The position numbers were made by a program, and so were the translations under genes. Of a stretch of DNA of 64,000 nt, positions 1-12,899 are shown piece by piece. Source of the stretch: Tubiluchus corallicola. Its lineage: Eukaryota > Animalia > Priapulida. The stretch's first letter is position 1. Each line of letters starts with the position of its first letter. The stretch lies in assembly GCA_030141605.1 (NCBI GenBank), contig JAQGDQ010000648.1, positions 55,469 to 119,468 of the forward strand, written 5' to 3'. The notes under the pieces are model-generated. The model searched no databases. It was given only the letters and a program-made list of their open reading frames with translations, and was not told where the DNA came from.

Positions 1-594
1 GTTGGGTGCAATTAGTAGAAAAATATTGATATTTTCTACTTCTTGATCACGAATCACGTTTACAAATCTTATTTGAGAAATTCAATTCCACGAAAGTTTA
101 ACATTCATAAGGAATCCTTAGCTTGGCTCATTTACTCATTATTGATTTTGTGATAACACGATCAAAAACAAGACACTGCATCAGTGAATCCAGTTTGCTA
201 AATGCAAAACGCGATATCGTAATTTTTATAAAGCTACTACACCACCAACCAGAAATATTCGGCGAAATTTTTAAGACTCTGCTGTGATGGAGATGGCAAT
301 CTAGTAACCAAATCTTAATTACATAATAACAGCTACATGCAGAAATTATGCTTTAAAACCGATTTATCAAGCACGTTATTTCAAACTTAATCAAATGTAT
401 CAGAAAAATACAATTAAAACAGTTAGGCACTAACCTAAAATTAACTGAAAATTGATTACATTTAAAAAAACAACCAAATTCAGATAATCACTTTATAGTT
501 TGATGTCCTTGTAGAACTTCATTCAAATGTTCCCATTTTGAATCAAATAAACATTGTTAAATATAATCACTTGCCAAGTTTAGTCAAGTTTAAC

Positions 595-655
595 AGCTCA
601 GTGGTACCGGGCTCGCTCTCCGTGCGAGAGGCGGAGGTTCAATTTCAAGTCTAAT
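595..655 (+). mobile_element. Degenerate tRNA-like sequence (tRNA-derived SINE head or tRNA pseudogene)
   Basis: AGCTCAGTGGTA (A-box-like), a 5-bp stem CTCGC/GCGAG around a 7-nt loop, then GGTTCAATT (B-box-like). No clear acceptor stem. Confidence 0.4.
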
Positions 656-2097
656 ACACAGCAGAGGTTTTGTAAAATGGACTAGATGAAGTAACATACT
701 TGCAATAACATTTATTGTTATTTACATTTAAATCTCTAGTTTTAATCACTTGGCAAAGCATTGTAAATATTGTATATATAATAATAATGAATAATAATAA
801 GTATAATAACATAAACACCCTGGGAGACAAACATCTGCCAGGGCAAAGTTTGCTTTCTTACAGGTAGCATAAAAATACTAACATATAATTAGGTAGGCCA
901 ATTATGTTAGTATTTGTTGTTTTGTTTCATGTGCGCCTTGTAGTCTAAATTGTTCATGGGTTCTATCTATTCTATAAATAATGACAGTTTACGTGACACG
1001 ATAAATGAATAATGAAATAACCTAACTTTGACACCCATGTAGACCCTGTGACAAAGAGAAAGGTCTACAAAGAGCCCTGTACCTGCTCAATTTTTCCTTC
1101 AGTTGAAATTACTGGACCACTCATCCTACCAGCTAAGATACTATTGTCATCTCTCTGCAAACATAAAGTTAGATGGGGTGCAAAACTATGTAATTATGAC
1201 TTAGATACATGGAATGATGCTGTAACTTTGTTGCTGCTACACAACAGATAACTACTATTCCTAGGTGCATAGCAATCGCTAAGCCAGTATATACTCTCGT
1301 ATACTACTCAGATGCATCACAAAAAGCATACTGTTGTGGTTTGACGTTACTGAAAGTGATATCACTTAAGGCCTGTTCAAGCTCAACTAGGTTATTCACT
1401 TTCTTTTTTTCGCCCATCACCTCTAAACATGAAACTAGCTTGGCTGGAAATTTCAAACTAATTTGGCTGGACATTTATTTTAATCCTTAAAAAAGTAATT
1501 TCTTTTTCGTTAATTAAATAACAATTTTGATGTTCTTCGTTAAAAATAATTATTAATTGCTCGCTTATATGTTCATTTCTCGTCTTATTTAAATATAATT
1601 TTGTTAGCCCTTATGATTTGTTTAGATGGTTTTGTTCATTGATTCATAATTAGTTATTTGGTTGTTTATTAAGGTACTAATTAATCATTTTTCGTAATTG
1701 TTATATAGTTTCCTAGTTAGTAGTCGCTTAGTTGATTAGCTATTCACTTAGTATATCGTTTAGTTACTTTTTACGTTTGAGAGAATAACTCGCACTCAGT
1801 TTTGAGCTTTGTATGCGTATTATCCTTCCGCTATGAATTCTCACTTCTATTTGCGCTAGCCTTGTGCTTTTTGCCAGGTGATTTGTTGAACATCCCCGTA
1901 CATTTCGCGATTCTATATAAACGCAACTACATTTCAGAGTCAAAGTTAAGAAAAGTTGGCACCACAAGTTGTGTATAATGTTTTTCATAATGCTTTCTGA
2001 CATATTTGGAAAAAAACATACTTCAAATAATGTTTGTGATCTTTGCGCTTTGCAGAAATTGCATCAATTTACTAAATGTCGCACTTAATCAAAAAGG

Positions 2098-3063
2098 ATG
2101 AACTGCAGTCAAGCCAAATTCTGCTTTATTTTAAGTTTTATTTACATTATTGCCAACTTAGGCTTAATATTTTTTTTGAAGCAAGTGACGTTATTTAACG
2201 GTTTCTCCAAAACTGATTCCAAAGTGTGTCACTTTTGTGATGATATTGTCAGTTCAAGTGATTTATTAAAAATTCAGTATGGAAAATTGGCTGCTGATGA
2301 TAAGCAGTTGTTGGAACACATTGGAAATCGGTGGATTGTAGGGCCATCTGAGCATCCTGTAACTGGACCTGTCACTGATAATTCACAAATACATCAGTCA
2401 AGCGTCGTAGACAAATTACTCAATCAAAGACAGCATGGATTTTATGTAGAATGTGGCGCAGCAGATGGACATCTCTCCAATTCAATATTTTTTGAAAGAA
2501 ACCGTGGATGGAATGGGCTATTAATAGAACCTAATCCGTTATTGTTTAAGAGGTTATTGCGGAGGAAACGCAATGCATATCACATAAACGCTTGTCTAAG
2601 TACAAATAATACTGCTCAGAGATTAAAGTTTGCTATGGCTGGCTTGCTAGGTGGTCTGACTGAGACAATGGACTCGGATCGTCGCAGCAGATTGAGGCTT
2701 AAGACAAATGCCAGTAAGCTTCGAGTTAAAACTGTACAATGTTTTCCACTCTATTCATTAATGCTTGCACTTGGCCAAACTCACATTGATTACCTATCTC
2801 TAGATGTTGAAGGTGCAGAACTTGACGTATTAAAAACAATACCATTTGAAAAGCTTACCATAGATACTCTGACCATTGAGTACCTCTCTACTAATGGGAC
2901 TCATGTTTGTAAAGAAAATTCTTTATCAAAGTTAAAATATATCCGTAAATTCATGGAAACAACAAAGCTTTATCGGGAAGTTTCCTTACTACCGCCTCGA
3001 AAGGATGAACTTAGTCAAGATATCGTGTTCATGCGCCATGATACAAAGGCTTCACAGAATTAG
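2098..3063 (+). CDS. Protein Star-like FkbM-family (Methyltransf_21) SAM-dependent methyltransferase, predicted type II membrane protein, single coding exon
   Basis: Intact 321-aa ORF with an N-terminal hydrophobic anchor (FCFILSFIYIIANLGLIFFL). Motifs GFYVECGAADG, GWNGLLIEPNP and VQCFPLYSLMLALG..HIDYLSLDVEGAELDVLKTIPF are typical of Star/FkbM proteins. A likely splice acceptor ctttgcgctttgcag ends at 2055, just upstream of the ATG. Confidence 0.92.
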   Translation: MNCSQAKFCFILSFIYIIANLGLIFFLKQVTLFNGFSKTDSKVCHFCDDIVSSSDLLKIQYGKLAADDKQLLEHIGNRWIVGPSEHPVTGPVTDNSQIHQSSVVDKLLNQRQHGFYVECGAADGHLSNSIFFERNRGWNGLLIEPNPLLFKRLLRRKRNAYHINACLSTNNTAQRLKFAMAGLLGGLTETMDSDRRSRLRLKTNASKLRVKTVQCFPLYSLMLALGQTHIDYLSLDVEGAELDVLKTIPFEKLTIDTLTIEYLSTNGTHVCKENSLSKLKYIRKFMETTKLYREVSLLPPRKDELSQDIVFMRHDTKASQN

Positions 3064-3689
3064 CTCATTGGCAAACAAAACTGGCATTTGCCCCTACCGC
3101 ACAGCAAAAACGACAGAGAAGAAAAACCTTTTAGCCATATTTAAATCACGAAGTCTTCGAACACTTTTGGTTATTTTCTTAGTTCATCCGCTATGATTAT
3201 CTGATACATTTACAATCGCTTTGAAGCCTCAACCAATCTCCAAACGTGATGTTAAAGTGTCTTGTCAAAAGACTGTTTCAGTATATTGAAAAAAGTTGAA
3301 TAATTTTTTTGGCTTCTCTCTGGTTTCAGCATCGGCTTTCTTTCTTTCTTTGATTTAAATCGCAGGGTTCTATTTTACAATATCCAATGTACAGGTGTCA
3401 CCTCACGGGTTCTCAGTTTAATTTGAACAGCTTGTCTGAAATGTGAGACCACTTTCTAAAGGGTATCTGAGAAGCTGAACAGTCTGCTTATTACACGTAA
3501 TGCAGACAGAAAGTGAATGTTTTAGAATGTAGCAACAGGGATTAAACCTAATGTTCGTGCTGAGCTGTTCACTAATGACCTGAATTGTTTGCTTCCGGAA
3601 ACAAAAATTTATATAGCTAACAGGTGCGGTAACTGAAAGACAACTGTGTGGTTAGAAACATAAGTCAGGCCTATATTGATATATGAGGA

Positions 3690-4275
3690 CAAACCTTTGC
3701 TAGCAGGACATTACTTCAAAGACAGCATTTTAATTTTGATTAAAATACATAATAATAAATCTAAGTCTGAGTCTGACCCAGGAGTAGATCAGCGCTGTAA
3801 CGACTGTGTTCCAGTTTGCTTTCTACAATTTTTTAAAATAGTGTTACAATTTTTGCCTAATTTTGTGCTATTCCCAAAATCTTTAATGTAATAATTTGTT
3901 GGGTCATTGATCGTGTAAAAATTTACTGTGTACCACTTCTGATTAACTTAGCTAACTTGTTGACTCGTAATGGACCTTTTATTGTGACATATTGTAGCTG
4001 TTGCGTTAGTTGTGATTTTGTACACTAAATGGCTGATTTACACTACCATACGCTATCCACCTAATTGAAGCATCCGCCATTAGTAAACATGCATGCTGCA
4101 CTTACATGCTGTTAATCACTGCTTTCTTGCATGCATCGCTACACTCACTACTCCAGCATGTATGCGAGTGCACCATATCTCTGCCAAGCTCTACAGAGAC
4201 CCACACATTTGGATAAAATACTTTTACCTTCTAGTGTATGTGTACTAACCAATAATGAATGTGGAGAAATAATTA
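3690..4275 (+). repeat. Modular dispersed repeat family A, internally deleted copy
   Basis: Matches pieces of 55045-55870, including ggacattacttcaaaga and ttgtagctgttgc..gattttgtacacta..atggctg..catcgctacactcac..ctccagcatgt. Confidence 0.8.
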
Positions 4276-4859
4276 AAACATTTTTGAGTGCATTTTACAC
4301 TCAAAATCAATAGCAGAAATTAAATTTCACTTCAGAATATTACAACAATGAACAACGTTCTGAAAAACACTAGTTCACACACCAACACCAAAACTAACAC
4401 ACACGACAAATGATATGCTAAGATGTAAGATGTAAGATTGGTAGGTAAGATGCAAATGGCTTGAAAAAAGTAACGCCTAGAAATGGCAAACGAGGATGAA
4501 TGGATGAATGGCAAGAGAAAATTGGAACACTGCTAAGGTAAAAAATGGCAAATGAGAGAATAGTAATGGCAAAATGGTATACTTAGTAAACAATTTGTTT
4601 GAGTTAAGGTTATAGTGGGGAATGGTAATTTTAGTTCTTTTTGCTTTGCCTTGGAAATTGTGCTTCAACACAGTTTGTTTGTATAGTTTGTTTTTTGCCA
4701 GTTACGGCAGTAAGCCTGATAAAATCACCAAAATGAATGGGTAAAACGTAGATAAACTATACAGAACATTCGTGCATTATTGATTATAAATCTATTATTG
4801 AACAAAAATATTGTGAGTCTTTTTTCTAGCCTATATAATACAGCTATATTTATGCATGT

Positions 4860-6065
4860 TTGGTTGTTTAGCTTTTTTGTTAATCTTTTTAGCCAATAGA
4901 ATCAGACGTTGAAGTTTAGAATTGTTCGACTTTGGCAGAGATCTGCATCCTATATGTTTTACTTTTATTATGGAAATCCATTGCATGTATGTAACATTAT
5001 GTGCCATTTTTTCCTGTGCCATTTTTATCTTAAAAAGCTGCTGATATTGTGGTTGTCATTGTCATTGTTATTGCTGTTGATATTGTAAAACAAATACAAG
5101 GTCAGGCTAGTCATAAGTCATTTATTTCACTAAGTGTGATTATGTTGTAGACATAATCCATGTACTTAAATTTGTGACATAACTTTCTTACATATGTTCA
5201 AGCATTTCTTTCTTTCATGGTGGTTATTGATAGTAACAAAAATTAATAAACAAAGAGAGTGCAGGAAAAACTGCTCTCACTAAGCAGCAATTACGTTGTA
5301 TTGTAGCTGTTACATTAGTTGCAATTTTGTACACAAGATGGCTGTCTGATACTATAAAGCTAATTGGAGCAGTTATATACAAATCTTACTTCAAGACAGC
5401 ACACAAATTTTGATTTTAAATTCGTGATACTAAATTTACCTACTATCATTTACGTAATTGTTAGTGATTACTGTTTGTTGATATTGTTTTTTCTATGGTC
5501 ACATATTGTAGGTGTTGCATTAGTTGCGATTTTGTACAATAGATGGCTCACTGATATTACCCTAAGCTATTCAGCCAATTGGAGCATCTGCCATTGCTGG
5601 TCATGCATGCTGTCAATCACCCTTTCCCATGAGCTGTCATGTGCATCATTGCGTCCATGCACGCATCGCTACACTCACTGCTCCAGCATGTGTGAGAGTG
5701 CACCATGCCCCTGCCACGCTCTACACAGCTTGCCTGTTTAGGTAAACAATCTTCACAAACCATGTACACTAGCCAAATATAAACGTCGAGAAATTAATAA
5801 TAATAATAATAATAATGGCAATAATGATAACAGCAACAAAATCAGTTTGAAAATGACAACGATAATGACACCAGAAACAAACAAAAAATAGCATTCTAAA
5901 GTGAAAATGTTGGAATGTAGCCTGCATTTTTGAACAACGTAATAGGGCCTTAGACTGCTGTATGCCACTGAATTTTATCGTGGTCAAGGCAATGCAAAGA
6001 TATAGAAACAAGATACAGAAAGATACAGTTGACCCAATATTGACATCCAATAGCATTGCTTTCGA
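4860..6065 (+). repeat. Family A / duplicated block collinear with 50820-51880
   Basis: Long near-identical runs such as aggaaaaactgctctcactaagcagc and aatagggccttagactgctgtatgccactgaatttt. The paired spurious ORFs 5769-6083 and 51382-51726 are similar. Confidence 0.85.
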
Positions 6066-8414
6066 TTGACATCGAATAAACAAGCAATGTGTTGTGGATC
6101 ATCAAGTAAAATAAAGTGGAGATACCTGTATAAGACGCAGCCTGTTTATAAAATCACCTATAAGGAAATAAAGTTTAAACTAAAATAATGTTCAAAGCAA
6201 CATCTGAAAAGAGAAGTTATATATATAACTGCGTAAACATTGAATTGGTTCATGATAATTCGAACAACTTGAGAAATGTCATAAAGGTGTAATATTCTGT
6301 CAAAGCCATTCAGCACAAAGAGCTTTTAAACACAACATTTCAACATTTGTTTTATAACAAGTTTTACGTGTGATAGAGAGGCAAAAAGGTTTTTGAAATA
6401 CAGCTAAAATCTTGCCTCAATAAAGCAGCCTGGGAACTTGATAAAGTCCCTTGTTAAGGGCTAAGAAAAAAAGCAGAGTGATTACACATTTGACTTTCAA
6501 AGCCTGTATTTCACTCGTTGGAAATATTTACCAAGACAAGGGAGATCTATTACCGTCGGAGTGTGAAAGCAAAATATTTCTTATTACTGCATCCTTTTCT
6601 GGTATAACAATCTCCCTCACATTAGATTTCACCATAAATCTACTTTAATATTTCGACAAAGAAAATGACAATCACTATGATAATGGTGTAAACAGCCACA
6701 TTTAATAAATTTTCAATACCTCCAAAGGCCATAACTTTGGAAATGTTGGAATGCAGTTTAAAATATGTACTAGGCCAGGTATAGGCCACTGAATTTTGTA
6801 GAGGCAGAGGCAGTCCAAAGTCATGCTATACTGCGGATTACATCCTGTGTCTGGTGATAAAAATACAGGTTTAGACAGGTCTGACTTTCGAAAGAGCATG
6901 AAGGTGACTGCCTTACAATAGAAATTTCAGTTGAACTAAAACAGATGTTTGATATCATTTTCTACAATACAAACAACTCATGGTCTTTTATTTTCTTATG
7001 TCCATCTCGTTTGCTGTTTCACAAGCATTTTTCATGCTAATGTTCACTGTATTAGTACAAAGGTATTACTGTAATGATGGTATTACTGTATTACACCAAT
7101 GATAGTAATAAATTTTGCAGACGTTTTCATGGAAACCTTTGCAATCTGCATTTTTTATTGTACATTTTTGCATTGTGCACAAAAGTCTTTAAAGTAACAA
7201 CTTATTGAATCATTAATCGTATAAAAAAAATTTACTGTGTATCAATTCTGATTCACTTGGGTAACTTGTTGTCTTGTAATAGAATTTCTACAGTAATTAT
7301 AACAATTTCTACAGTAATTTATAGTAACTATAACACATCGTGGTTCTAAGGACTAATTTGTTTAGTTGTTCTCTAAATGTTTGTATAAAAACAGAGGGAT
7401 GCGTTGGGGTTCGAATATTGTTATCAAGTTTATTTAGTCAGAACGCCAAATATTTCAAACAATAAAGTTATTATTTATAAAACACATGTAGATAGTATTA
7501 TTGCAAAAATCAATAAGTAAAACTAGTGATTAAATCGTTGCAATCATAGTATCGTTAAACATAAAATTAAGAAACTTAAGAAAATCACTTCCACTGGAAA
7601 TCATTGTATTCGCTGGGTTAAACAAATCATTTACTTACGACATTATAGTCATGTCCTGGGTATTAGAAAGAAATGTTACTGGGGCATATCTAAACTTGTG
7701 TACGCAGGAGCGGCGCCACTTTCGTGGAGATGTCGCACAGCATAGTACGTGCGTTAGTTTGTTTAACAAGATAGTGTTCGATTATATGTAACCTGCTTTA
7801 CGAACCTAATGACCACCCGCAGATTGGTTCCGCCACATTACGCTAGATGGTAACTCACTAGTAAGTAATGTCAGACAGTTCTTTCACTCTGCGTTTCTCA
7901 ATTATCAGTTTTAATGCCATATTATGTAACTAGTCTACAAGTCGGTCCATACCTTTGTGCTTTTGTGCTGACGTTAGCTCACCTCCGAACTTCCAGATCA
8001 GCAGCTATTAACAATCTCTCTCTCTCTAGCCTCCCAAACCTATCCACAACAGTGGAATGTGGATTCGCAATGTTAAAACCACCATTTGTTCCAACTGATC
8101 ACCACTGAGTTCTACTACTTTAACTCACTAGTTCGGCCATATCTAATGTTAACGTCTTCAAAGAACAATCTGTCATTATCTTGACAAAAGCAACCAAGTG
8201 CCCTCCAAAAACTGGGGACTTACACCTGATCGCATTCAATAAAGCCACTTTCTGTATCATTTAAAAGTTACAAAGCGTATTTAGGCCAGGCCTCTAAGTA
8301 AACAGGAAAGTCAGAAAGCAAGAGAAATATCAGCCGTATATCTAAATCAAAATATTCATACCTCGACTGGCAACAATATCTAGTTAACTTTGGCATAAAA
8401 GTGACTCTTGCAGT

Positions 8415-10345
8415 AACACATTGTAGTTGTTGCATTAGTTACGATTTTGTACACTAGGTGGCTGACTGATGTTACATGATGCTATTCAGTCATTTGGAGC
8501 ATCCGCCATTACTAGACACGCATGCTGCACTCCTGTGCTGTCAATCACTCTTACCCATCAGCTATCATGCAAAATGTCTCTACCATGCTGTACGCAGACC
8601 AACATGTTTAGGTAAAATATTTTAACCTTCCAGTGTACGTACACTAACCAAAAAAAAGAGAAATAATAGCAAAGGCTGCACAACGAAAATGTCTGACAAA
8701 TGTTTTATTAAATTACCGGGAAGAAAATTAATGCCAAAAAAACTGATTCTTAAATAAATTTGTATTTTCTTGATACACTGGCAAATATAACTGGTGCTGG
8801 CGAGGCAGAAAAAACTGCACCATTAGTCTTGTATTTTTCTTTATTTCGCACATATCTATTTTCTCAGTACGAAAAGGCATGAGAATTTGTTCGTACCTTT
8901 TTGCAAAGTTGCATAGCTTTCTCCCTTACTACTTTTCAAGTAAACCTCTCATTTTCCATTTTTTTCAATAAGTGACAGAAGATCAAAAGCAGCTTCGTTA
9001 GAGAGCTGGAAATAAACCTTTGTTATCAAAGCACAGGTGTGTTCTATTATTTTTGTTGGAAGTTTAGGCTTGGAAAAATATAACGCCCTGGGAGACACGC
9101 AATAAGATGTTTTGTTAAGATTGAAAGGAATGTCTTTTTAGATTTGAGATTTTAGATTTCAAACTGTTTGTATAGCAAACATTGGGATAAAAGCTTTTCC
9201 TATAATAATAAAGGGTGAGACTGCTTAATAATATTTTCTGTTTGGATAAGACGGAGAAAGCTTTAAGTGCTCAGCCACGTGAACAAAAGACTCTTTACAT
9301 TCTGTTTTATTCAAGTTCTGTTTTTGATTTTGAGAAGGGTTAAAGTGGCTCTGAAGTAAAGAAAAATATTTTCCCACATTTTAACATCTTGTGTAAATTA
9401 ACCACACCTGAACACCTGTGAATGATCCCAGGGAAGAATTTAGTAAGAAAAATTGAATGAAGCGAATGCACTGAAACTGAGAAAGATTTTGGGACATTTT
9501 TGTTTTTCCAGTGAAAAATTAACATTTTGCCAAATCTGCTGATACCGTTACATATGAAACTGTGTTAACCAGGTATTATTGAAAATGCTGGAAAAAGAAT
9601 TTTTTGTAAATTATTCAACGTCATTTCAGATTCTGTCTGCCATTGTTTTAAAATGATTAATTGTTTCCTGTAAACTTGCAGTGAACAAAAGTTTTTTCCA
9701 TGCTATTATATCCTTAAGCCAAACTGTGTAACGCTGATTATGATCTTTGCTTGTATATTTCTCAGTCTATTACCATCGTCAAAATGAATAAATAAAAGGT
9801 AGATAAACTATTAAGAACATTCAGATCAGTCGCACCAAATCAAAGCTGTACTACCGTTTTTTTAACGTTAGTTTGGGCACAGAAAGGGTTTGTTTCTTTT
9901 ACTCTTTATTCAGTCTGACCCAGGATTAGATCAGCATTGTACCAACTCTGCATTATGCAATTTTCTTATTGTAATACTTGTAATATTGTAATAAATTTTT
10001 GCGTGATTTTGCATTGTGGACAAAGTCTTTAAACTATTAATTTGTTGTGTCATAATTTGATGTATTAATTTGTTGGGTCATTAATCGTATAAAAATTTGT
10101 ACTGTGCAATTTCAAATTGGCTAACTGTTTGTCTTGCAAAGGACATTTCATGGTAACTTATTGCCTAAAAGTTGTGTTATTTGCGGGTTTGTACAGTAGA
10201 TGGCTGACTGATGTTACCCGATGCTATTCAGTTAATTGGAGCATCCGCCATTACTAGACACGCGTGCTGCACTCAAGCATAAACTATGTTTGGGTAAACT
10301 ATTTTCACCATGCACTGTATACTAGGCAAAATGAATATGGAGAAA
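8415..10345 (+). repeat. Family A copy (modules a and b)
   Basis: Contains gagctggaaataaa..ctttgttatcaaagcacaggtgtgttctattatttttgttggaag and aaatattttcccacattttaacatcttgtgtaaattaacc, shared with the 13.8k, 36k (-), 50k, 56k and 57.5k copies. Confidence 0.85.
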
Positions 10346-10499
10346 TAACACCAAAGCATCGCGATTACATTCACTTAAATATTTTTATTAATGACACTGT
10401 AAATTTAGTGATGGCTATATGTAACTGGCTCCTGGTTCTAATGAAAAAATTCTAAAAGCTGTTTTAGTAATTTCAGCAATGGAAATTTGAATTTTCTTG

Positions 10500-11136
10500 A
10501 TACACATTATCCACACTAAATCATTAATACTACACCACAGCACACCACCCAGACCACATTACACAACTACCAAAGGTCCGACTCACAACACACCATCCAC
10601 ATCACACCACACCAACTCACTGCTTTACTTTACAACATTCCTTGACATCACACCATGCACACCAAAGCACACCACACACAAAATGCTGCATCAAAACTAA
10701 CCACACCACACAACACACACCCCACCACATTATTCACGCTATGTCACCCACACCACACCATCAATACCACACCAGCCAGATCACATTACACCAAACCACA
10801 TCAATTCCACAACATCACATGGTGATCACAGTGTTAATGACGATGATGGTATGACATCTACAACACAAACACCAACAGTAGAGTAGTATTATCGTGAGAC
10901 CATGCAAAACATTTTGTACGAGGTTGAAGCTGTGTGTGGTAATAAATGCTTTAGACTGTACACCTATGATGAATAATGCACAGACATTCTACATGGTTTT
11001 GCTTAATGGTTCTCTTTTGGTTATGTCTCACATTCTTTCTGGGCTTGCACTTGTTTTTTCCCCAACATGCCCAACAGATGATAAATTGATTTACGTGGAG
11101 GCTGTTCCTGCTGTTTTTCGCAAAATTTGGGTCTAG
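10500..11136 (-). mobile_element. CAC-microsatellite Helitron-like family, partial copy
   Basis: CAC-rich tract followed by catcacatggtgat..gatgatg..acaaacaccaacag..aatgcacagacattctacatgg. Closest to 58525-59245, with an internal deletion. Confidence 0.65.
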
Positions 11137-11149
11137 GTGTTATAAAAAA

Positions 11150-11970
11150 CAAACCAGCTGTTTGTTAACTCACAAAAGCTGTTTGCACTTCACATTTGTG
11201 TCTGCTTTAGTTAAGTTTAGTTAATAAAATTACATTAAAGCTTTAGGTAACCAGGCAGTTGTCTTAGAAGAACGTTGTAACGTCCTGGATGTACAGGCTA
11301 GTTTCCCAGTGGATTCAGTTCTCGATTGATTCTCATCAATTCGTTTCATAGTCAAGCAACACAGAAGTTAACTATGTACTCATTAAAACCCCAAGCCTGT
11401 CACCAAAGAGTACCAGTCACTTTCAAGAGAGGGCGGTGACGCCGCTAATTACACAGGTGGAAAATATGAGGTTTAAAATGGTTCAGATGGGTTTGTCTGA
11501 ATGGTATCATTCATTTTGAGCAAATTAAAAAACGAGAAACTTTTTTGTACAATATTTATAAGGAATAATTTCAGCTTTAATGAGTCCGCCATTGGTCATT
11601 TGCAAAATCATCCCAGTGGAAAAGATTATTATCCCATCTTTAAACAATTAACATGCGCAAATCATGCTCAAAGTAATTAATATATATAATCATAGCATTC
11701 ACAAAATGAATATTCTCAGGTCAAAAAGAAACACTGGTAAAAATTCGTAAAGTTTTAAGCAGTGTGAACAAGCTACAATGCAATAATCACAATTACAGTT
11801 ACTAGCCAAACCCTACAAAAATACCCTGCACATAAAACCCACAAAGACACAACATCGCACTGTGTCACACCACTCACACCACATATGCCCAACACACCAT
11901 CCACATCACACCACCCGCACCATACCAGCTGCACAATGTCTGCAGCAGCATGCTGAACCCACCACAATAC
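11150..11970 (+). repeat. Duplicated block, near-identical to ~59350-60150
   Basis: Shares gcagttgtcttagaagaacgttgtaacg..ggatgtacaggctagtttcccagtg and aaaaccccaagcctgtcaccaaagagtaccagtcactttcaagagagggcggtg with the 59k copy. Confidence 0.92.
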
Positions 11971-11990
11971 ATGCACTACGACATTCAACA
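11802..11990 (-). mobile_element. 3' end of Helitron-like element (CTAG terminus)
   Basis: Plus strand a|ctagccaaaccc..caaaaa..gcacataa..aagacacaa is homologous to 46105 and 59990. On the minus strand it reads ...gggtttggCTAG|T. Confidence 0.6.
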
Positions 11991-12899
11991 TACAACTTGA
12001 CCCGGAACTTGGTTTTGCACCTCACTTTCCAGTTGGCCAGTCTATCCACTCAGTAATGAGCATTAAGAAAAATCTTTATATGGTATCTTTTTAACCCGCT
12101 TTAATGAAATTATCTTAGTTTATCTTAGTTTATCTTTAGTTTACTATCTTATTAACCGGTCTTTAGGGTAATATAATTACCCCATGGTCAGATAAGGGTT
12201 AAACCTGGCAGTACAGGTGTGCAGGAAAACTGGCACAGTTATCATCATCATAGCTGGAGTTTATCATTATTTACCCTCAAAGAGCAGAAACAGGTCAGAT
12301 CTTGGTTACTGGGCCACCTGACATAGGCCAGTATAAAAAAGCTGGTTTTACACCTAAGTGCTGCCATTTTGCAGGTAAAACTGACAAATAAGTTTGATGG
12401 AAAGGGATCATTTAAATTAGTTTGCTCGCACACTTAGTAAAGTGTCAAACTAAAAATGTCAAACAAATCAAATAATTCTAATGCTGATGCCTGCACACAT
12501 GGCATCAAACCTCAGTTTAACAATTATTCAGCAAGTGGTGGCGTTAGTCAATTAGAAAATTATTGTGCTAATACCTCGCTACACTCTTTCATGCTCTTTT
12601 AGTGTTTGAGATTTAAAAATGAAAAATTAAAAAAAGAAAAAGCCATATGTTTTAGTTGTCCAGCCTACAGCTCCGGCGACGGTACCATTCTCGATGATCT
12701 AGCCGTCAAATGAAAGGTCTCCACGCATAGGTACACACCTGTTGGTGTATTTTCCAATTGAGACAATCCAAAGTCATGCCATATTACAGATTATAGCCCA
12801 TATCTGATAAATAAATTGCAGGTTTTGACATCAGCTGACTTTTGATTGAGCCTTTAGATGACAGTTGGAAATTCCAGCTGAACCAAAATAGGAGAGTAA

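Noticed and set aside
1764-2003. 79-aa minus-strand ORF upstream of the methyltransferase
   Set aside because: No recognisable motif. It lies in the probable intron before the Star-like exon.
7400-8270. Possible ancient L2-type LINE relic on the minus strand
   Set aside because: Only scattered hints (e.g. RKWRRS), too degraded to call.
12090-12202. TTAA-CCC...GGG-TTAA piggyBac-like miniature element
   Set aside because: The terminal match is only 3 bp beyond TTAA, which is expected by chance in AT-rich DNA.
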